64,000 bases of DNA, taken from positions 36,349 through 100,348 of the IMG/VR virus record IMGVR_UViG_3300002498_000005, one strand, 5' to 3'. Source of the stretch: a virus. The number at the start of each line of letters is the position of its first letter. Within the stretch, counting starts at the first letter, position 1. Below, piece by piece: positions 59,115 through 64,000 of this stretch. The position numbers and the translations under genes are program-made. The notes below the pieces were generated by a model. That model saw only the letters and a program-made list of their open reading frames with translations, had not been told where the DNA came from and made no database searches.

Positions 59115-60182
59115 TTAAGCGAATAAGTCTTCATCGTCGTCTGGCAATACGTCATCTGTCATAACGTCCTGTATACTAGCTTCTGTAGGAGCAATTGTAT
59201 AAACATTTTTCATAAAATCGTCAACATCATTACCAGTATCTATAGCGCCGTCCTTGTATGTGTAACGCAGATTTGGAGATATAAGTTTATATTCAGTTTT
59301 GTTGTTCCCAAACATATTGCCTGATGGTTTGAAATCATCAATTGTAGCTACACCAAGAGCAATCTCTTCGCGCTGTGCATCAGTCAGCATAGACTCGTCA
59401 AAATCAACCTCTTCTGCACCAGTGAATACCTTAATGCGCCATCCTAATTTAACAAACGTAGAACCAGCAGTAAGATGATTAATACGATTCTCCCAAACGT
59501 CTTTTTGCTTCACGTTTGTCATATCAATCTTTGATCCATCAAAAACCAATGCAATAGGGATATACTGATTCTTTATGTCTTTATCGATATACTGCGACAC
59601 ATAAGCTTTCATATCAATAATTTGGTCATCTATACGTGTCTTATCAAGGCAACCCTCATTATAGAAAAGGTCGAGATGTAAGAACGTACCGCTTTTATCT
59701 TCCTCTTTTGCAAGCCATACTTTTTGAATTTGGTATTCGATTTGAATTTTGCCATTATATGGTCTAAAATTCACGCTACCAGAAACATTAACGCGTTGAG
59801 ATGCTTTTAAATTTTCTGCCAAATAGGTAATAAAATCGTAAGCATGTACAAATGTAATTTGTTCGCCGCCAATATTAGTAGAAAACTGTCGTACATAAGC
59901 GACCTTATCAAGAATATCTGGATTAAATCTGTCCTGCCATGCAATAGTCAATTTTTGAAAATCACTATCCATTGTCATAATTGGATTTTTTGCTTCATTA
60001 GTAGGCTTTGCTCCAGTTAGAGACACAAATTGTCCATCATTTTTAGAAGGCTTTACAAGAAAATTAATACGTTTTGTTTCCCAATCGGCTTTTTTATAAA
60101 CTGGTATGAATCGGGAATTATGATTTTTATCTTCTCCCTTTGGGATTGCTACATTTCCAACAAATGTAAAAGTATTAGCCAA
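59115..60182 (-). CDS. Single-stranded DNA-binding protein (YorF-like)
   Basis: FTFVG N-terminus, acidic tail DDDEDLFA. Confidence 0.75.
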   Translation of the reverse strand: MANTFTFVGNVAIPKGEDKNHNSRFIPVYKKADWETKRINFLVKPSKNDGQFVSLTGAKPTNEAKNPIMTMDSDFQKLTIAWQDRFNPDILDKVAYVRQFSTNIGGEQITFVHAYDFITYLAENLKASQRVNVSGSVNFRPYNGKIQIEYQIQKVWLAKEEDKSGTFLHLDLFYNEGCLDKTRIDDQIIDMKAYVSQYIDKDIKNQYIPIALVFDGSKIDMTNVKQKDVWENRINHLTAGSTFVKLGWRIKVFTGAEEVDFDESMLTDAQREEIALGVATIDDFKPSGNMFGNNKTEYKLISPNLRYTYKDGAIDTGNDVDDFMKNVYTIAPTEASIQDVMTDDVLPDDDEDLFA

Positions 60183-60267
60183 TATTATAGACCCCCATTT
60201 TTATTTTATTTATTTATAATTAACATACTTAGGTATGATAATGAGTTAAAAGATACGTTTTATTTGC

Positions 60268-60315
60268 ATACTATATCTTGTATGCGTTTGTTTCATACAC
60301 CACTATATATAGTGT
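60268..60315. promoter_or_regulatory. Tandem NrdR boxes upstream of the replication operon
   Basis: ATACTATATCTTGTAT and CCACTATATATAGTGT, 32 bp apart. Confidence 0.8.
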
Positions 60316-60357
60316 CTTTTGTGCATTAAAATCAGAATTTTAATTTTATGTTAGTTA

Positions 60358-60546
60358 TTAAATTAGGACTTTGTCTCCCATTTGTTTCATCGTCGCAACA
60401 TCCTTAGCACTAACGTCATTCCAAATTTTAGCAAATATATCCATTACTTCAAATATTGATTTCCAGTTACCATCATTATCTATTAATGTTTGTCCATATT
60501 TTTTCGCTATTTCTTGTAATTCATCAATATAACTACTTTCCATCAT
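60358..60546 (-). CDS. Small protein resembling a tape-measure core motif
   Basis: GAGGG RBS; [30 protein letters not shown]. Confidence 0.5.
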   Translation of the reverse strand: MMESSYIDELQEIAKKYGQTLIDNDGNWKSIFEVMDIFAKIWNDVSAKDVATMKQMGDKVLI

Positions 60547-60703
60547 TACCCTCTTCTTGGGCTTGTACTCCACAACATTTTTTATATTTTTTACCACTAC
60601 CGCATGGACATAGTTCGTTGCGTCCTGTTTTCTTTTCAGTTCTAACGTATGTAGATACCTTTACTATTGGCGGCTGTCTGTGCCCAATTTCTCTTTTTAC
60701 CAT
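60533..60703 (-). CDS. SEC-C metal-binding motif protein (56 aa)
   Basis: [19 protein letters not shown]; AGGAAGG RBS; missed by the ORF track. Confidence 0.85.
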   Translation of the reverse strand: MVKREIGHRQPPIVKVSTYVRTEKKTGRNELCPCGSGKKYKKCCGVQAQEEGNDGK

Positions 60704-60738
60704 TATTTTCCTTCCTATTATATATAGTAAATTTTGTT

Positions 60739-60891
60739 TTATTTAATAAGTGTCCCTAATGAAGTGGTCGCCTCTAAATATTGTCGAAGCATTTTTTGTA
60801 ACTCTTCTCTAGCAATCTTTCTCATTTTTGCTACGACTTCATCTGTAAATTCAAGATCAATCTTCACTGTCATTGTATCGATTACTCCCAT
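60739..60891 (-). CDS. Small hypothetical protein (50 aa)
   Basis: AAGGAG RBS; [15 protein letters not shown]... Confidence 0.5.
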   Translation of the reverse strand: MGVIDTMTVKIDLEFTDEVVAKMRKIAREELQKMLRQYLEATTSLGTLIK

Positions 60892-60909
60892 TTCCTTATT
60901 CTCCTTTTG

Positions 60910-61185
60910 TTAAAATTTAAGTTTTATTTTTTTTATGGGTATAGTTCTATATTCGCCAAACCATGCAGTATCATTTATGCATTTACCCGTATTTTTATCA
61001 AATACCCAATATTCTGAACCATCATCGAATTCATGACCTATTCCAAGATCATAAAACTCCTTATCGGTTAACTTAACATCGCTGTCACTTAAAACTATAA
61101 AATCATTGTTATCAAATATCATATTCATTTGTTCGTGTGATGCTAAACCATTTAGATGAAAACTATAATTCATTTTTTTACTCAT
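60910..61185 (-). CDS. Hypothetical protein
   Basis: GAGGAG RBS. Confidence 0.6.
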   Translation of the reverse strand: MSKKMNYSFHLNGLASHEQMNMIFDNNDFIVLSDSDVKLTDKEFYDLGIGHEFDDGSEYWVFDKNTGKCINDTAWFGEYRTIPIKKIKLKF

Positions 61186-61215
61186 TTTACTCTCCTCGTA
61201 GTTAAAATAAGGCTT

Positions 61216-61686
61216 TTATTTATGATGCTTTACTCCATTGTCTTTTGCAAACATAAATTTATCATAATAGTCTGTGCCGTTTTTATTATCAAATGCCCTA
61301 CACGCAGATTTAATTGTACCAATACATAATGCGCTTTTACCATTTTCAAAATAATCAGACTTCATTTTGAATTCATTACCTTCTTTATATGTAGAAGACA
61401 ATTCTACTTCATCGTCAGATTCATAGCATATCCATTCAAAAACTTCGCCAAGCATCTTAAAATAATCGTCTATATATTGCCCTTGTGTTTGTGGCATAAA
61501 ATAATCATTAAAATCATTACGTTCAAACCCATGTCCGTTCCCATCGTCGTCTTTAATGTCAAACCCACATCCATGTCGTCCCCATATTTTTATAACGGTA
61601 TATTCTTTGCCTACTGTAAGAGTGGGTGCTCCCGTTGATTTCATCACACATGGATTTCTAGCAGTTATTTTATCTCCTACCTTCAT
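61216..61686 (-). CDS. Hypothetical protein
   Basis: MKVGDKI SH3-like start; AAAGGG RBS. Confidence 0.6.
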   Translation of the reverse strand: MKVGDKITARNPCVMKSTGAPTLTVGKEYTVIKIWGRHGCGFDIKDDDGNGHGFERNDFNDYFMPQTQGQYIDDYFKMLGEVFEWICYESDDEVELSSTYKEGNEFKMKSDYFENGKSALCIGTIKSACRAFDNKNGTDYYDKFMFAKDNGVKHHK

Positions 61687-61703
61687 AAGTTAACCCTTTC
61701 TAT

Positions 61704-61880
61704 CTATTTATTTGAACTCCAGTATCTTTTGATTTTTTGTTTACATTTTGGGCAAGTATAATAGAATTGAAATTGATATTTTGGATTGTCCGATAAGTTA
61801 ATCCCTTCATTATCTCCGAGATCATCGTTGTTGCAAGATGGGCAAATATCTTTTGTGGTCGATAAAATTGCTTTTTTCAT
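61704..61880 (-). CDS. Small Zn-ribbon protein (58 aa)
   Basis: GAGG RBS; CPSC...CPKC. Confidence 0.55.
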   Translation of the reverse strand: MKKAILSTTKDICPSCNNDDLGDNEGINLSDNPKYQFQFYYTCPKCKQKIKRYWSSNK

Positions 61881-61931
61881 TTGTGCCTCTTTCAGTTAAT
61901 TGGGATATCTTTACTGTCTATTTTTTTAACG

Positions 61932-62483
61932 CTACCCCCTGCCAGCAAACTCTCCATACCACTCTTCTCTCATCTTCTTTGCGAATTTACCCGCTTCGTG
62001 CACATCTTCAAAATGTTTCCATTTGTGATTTTTGCCATTTTGGTCTTGTAATTGCACAATCCAATCTTGAGATTCATTACACCATGAAACGTTTCTATAA
62101 CCAGACTTATTGTTTTTATTTAAGCCGCTCCTATGTTTTAAATTTTCTTTTTGTGTTGTAACTCTTAAATTATTTTTTTTATTATTTAATGGATTATGAT
62201 CTATATGGTCTATTTTATTATTAGCATTGTGTTCGTCCATAATGAGCCTATGTAACACTAAGGTCTTATATTTTGGTTTACCGTTAATCATGCCTAAATA
62301 TTGCATTATTTCCGCATAAAATCCAAATGCGCTTCTATGCCAACCCACATGAATTTTATACCCTATTTTATCAATTTTAGTTAAATCTTCTAAATCAATC
62401 AACACATTATATTTATCGCCATTGCGTCTAATTATATGAAAAATTACTGTATTGCCGATTATTGTATATTTATTTTTTATCAT
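61932..62483 (-). CDS. HNH-AP2 homing endonuclease (ATG start)
   Basis: LHRLIM..DHIDHNPLNN..NLR, NKSGYRNV, YGEFA. Confidence 0.85.
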   Translation of the reverse strand: MIKNKYTIIGNTVIFHIIRRNGDKYNVLIDLEDLTKIDKIGYKIHVGWHRSAFGFYAEIMQYLGMINGKPKYKTLVLHRLIMDEHNANNKIDHIDHNPLNNKKNNLRVTTQKENLKHRSGLNKNNKSGYRNVSWCNESQDWIVQLQDQNGKNHKWKHFEDVHEAGKFAKKMREEWYGEFAGRG

Positions 62484-62506
62484 TTTTCTCCTATAAAACA
62501 CATGTT

Positions 62507-62833
62507 TTATAATATAAATTCTGCGTTATCAGATAGCTGACTCTTAAAATTTTCGGGTATCTTACCCTGACACCATAAATTATCAGTTTCAATAATTCTT
62601 CCGTCATTCATTTTGATTTTGAACTGTCGCCCACTACACCCTTTAAATGGATAAGTATCAGACCCAATATAGTATGATTCGCCTTTTATAAAAATGTGTT
62701 CGTCTTTCTCGGCTACCATATCTTGCCAAAATTTTATATGAAAACATTCACTACCACACGTATCTTTAAACTTACTACTTTCTATAAACTGTCTTTTTTC
62801 AAATGCTTGTCCACATATTTCACATTTAAACAT
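62507..62833 (-). CDS. Hypothetical Zn-binding protein
   Basis: CEICG..C..C..FW..NLWCQG.IP. Confidence 0.65.
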   Translation of the reverse strand: MFKCEICGQAFEKRQFIESSKFKDTCGSECFHIKFWQDMVAEKDEHIFIKGESYYIGSDTYPFKGCSGRQFKIKMNDGRIIETDNLWCQGKIPENFKSQLSDNAEFIL

Positions 62834-62836
62834 TAT

Positions 62837-62998
62837 TTATATTACCTCTGTCTCACACTCATCAGTAGGTACCAGAATACCGCACAAAGGGCACGAATAA
62901 ACATCTTGAATAATTTGGTCATAATTTTCAATAAAGTATTCATTTTCCGCAACTAGAAATTCACAACCGCACTCACATTCGAGTTTTATATATTTCAT
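62837..62998 (-). CDS. Small Zn-ribbon protein (53 aa)
   Basis: AGGTG RBS; CECGC...CPLCG. Confidence 0.55.
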   Translation of the reverse strand: MKYIKLECECGCEFLVAENEYFIENYDQIIQDVYSCPLCGILVPTDECETEVI

Positions 62999-63006
62999 TC
63001 TTTCAC

Positions 63007-63627
63007 CTATTCTTTTATAATAAATGGATCAATCTTAATTAGTTCTTCAATATCCAATTGATATTTTCTTCTTAAATTATGTTTAACATTAAAATATTCT
63101 CTTGAAAGTTTTGTGTAAGCTCTATCGTTATCTGTCGCTTTCTTTTCCGCCTTTTGTAGTCGTTGCATTAAATCTTGTTGATGACGTAAACTCTCGCTAT
63201 TTATTGATTTATCGACTTCTCTATATAATGAGCGTATCATTGAATTCTTTAATACTTGCTCGTCTATTTTTAATACTTGTTTTTTGGCTTTTTTAGCAAC
63301 CCCTATAGATTTGTCACTATAAAAGGTATACACTCCAATACCGCTAGGAATTTCTTCCTTTAATTGTTTATATAACTCATGTGGCATAACGTAATAGTTG
63401 AAATTTCCAATAAATGTATTGTGAGCTTTTGAACGGAAGTCTTGTTTAGTAATCTTTATTTCAAAGCAACGCCACACCCCTTTTGTATCATAAGTAATAT
63501 AATCTACTCGTTCTTTCCCAAACCAACCTATCGTAACTTCAAAGCACCCAAATACTCCCTGTCGTGTTGTCTCTTCCCATATACTTGCTTTTAATTCTTT
63601 CGTGAGTTCAGTTTCCGTCTGTGCCAC
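63007..63627 (-). CDS. MmcB-like PD-(D/E)XK protein
   Basis: FEV..ERVDYI..CFEIKITKQDF..FNYYVMP. Confidence 0.7.
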   Translation of the reverse strand: MAQTETELTKELKASIWEETTRQGVFGCFEVTIGWFGKERVDYITYDTKGVWRCFEIKITKQDFRSKAHNTFIGNFNYYVMPHELYKQLKEEIPSGIGVYTFYSDKSIGVAKKAKKQVLKIDEQVLKNSMIRSLYREVDKSINSESLRHQQDLMQRLQKAEKKATDNDRAYTKLSREYFNVKHNLRRKYQLDIEELIKIDPFIIKE

Positions 63628-63775
63628 CTACTCTTTCAAGCCAAGCATCTATTAAAAACTTTAGTTCAATAGTTTCGATGGTTTGTTCGCCTAGGTTTGG
63701 TATTGAGAATGTTGCATATTGTGTATGTGTAATTAGCTCAACTATTTCTTCGGGAGTTAATTGGTTATTACTCAT
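63608..63775 (-). CDS. Small hypothetical protein (55 aa)
   Basis: AAAGG RBS; overlaps the start of the next gene. Confidence 0.35.
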   Translation of the reverse strand: MSNNQLTPEEIVELITHTQYATFSIPNLGEQTIETIELKFLIDAWLERVGGTDGN

Positions 63776-64000
63776 AGCGATTTAAACGCCTTTCTATATC
63801 TAATAAATATTCAAAACAATTTGCGTATTCGCCAGCCAATAAAATACTACCTTGGCAGAATAATAAACATCTTTTTTCTTTGCTTGCTCCTAAGATTTGA
63901 TATAAGTTTCCTTTTATCCATTTCGAATATAGCTCATTACCCATGGTTATTTGCCTCCGTATTTAATAGCTTGTCCGCAATTTTTACATTGTTACCATAA

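Larger units (their letters stand above)
23940..62509. repeat. Dispersed palindrome TAAAA-N6-TTTTA at gene boundaries (at least 14 copies)
   Basis: Starts at 23940, 25377, 34923, 36355, 40454, 42236, 44711, 44852, 45869, 60247, 60327, 60911, 61203, 62494; one-mismatch copies at 19322 and 45417. Confidence 0.8.

Noticed and set aside
63780-64000. Small ORFs at the right edge
   Set aside because: Several competing frames; the coding one cannot be determined from the window.

Overview
AT-rich (~30% GC) segment of a large temperate siphovirus-like phage, broadly syntenic with Bacillus SPbeta. The host is probably an anaerobic Clostridia-type Firmicute (class III RNR, FeoA, sigma-A promoters, Firmicute RBSs). 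Layout: 1-1.4 kb, RepL-like and GIY-YIG genes (-). 1.4-2.9 kb, a non-coding origin/terminus-like region with DnaA boxes, a strand-skew switch, operator palindromes and TA-rich DNA. 2.9-41.7 kb (+), regulators, tRNA and structured RNAs, terminase, portal, head, neck, tail (with an embedded tyrosine recombinase), two paralogous fibres and lysis. 41.8-64 kb (-), nucleotide metabolism (NDT-like, DUF5664, ThyX, dUTPase, HD, NrdDG) and replication (DnaE, Cas4-like nuclease, primase, helicase, Sak4, SSB). Seven free-standing homing endonucleases are spread through the window. Most notable unannotated signals: (1) at least 14 copies of the palindrome TAAAA-N6-TTTTA at gene boundaries, often supplying the stop codon and bracketing single genes, including the recombinase unit, which suggests a cassette/recombination-site system; (2) three tandem NrdR-box pairs, each at a fixed offset from such a site; (3) three HNH-AP2 endonucleases that start at ATA/ATT codons; (4) a tail-spike gene with its own promoter and an in-frame lipoprotein signal; (5) a tRNA-like structured RNA; (6) an anti-SD leader on a GAF-domain lysis gene. 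All product calls come from motif recognition by eye; no database searches were run.
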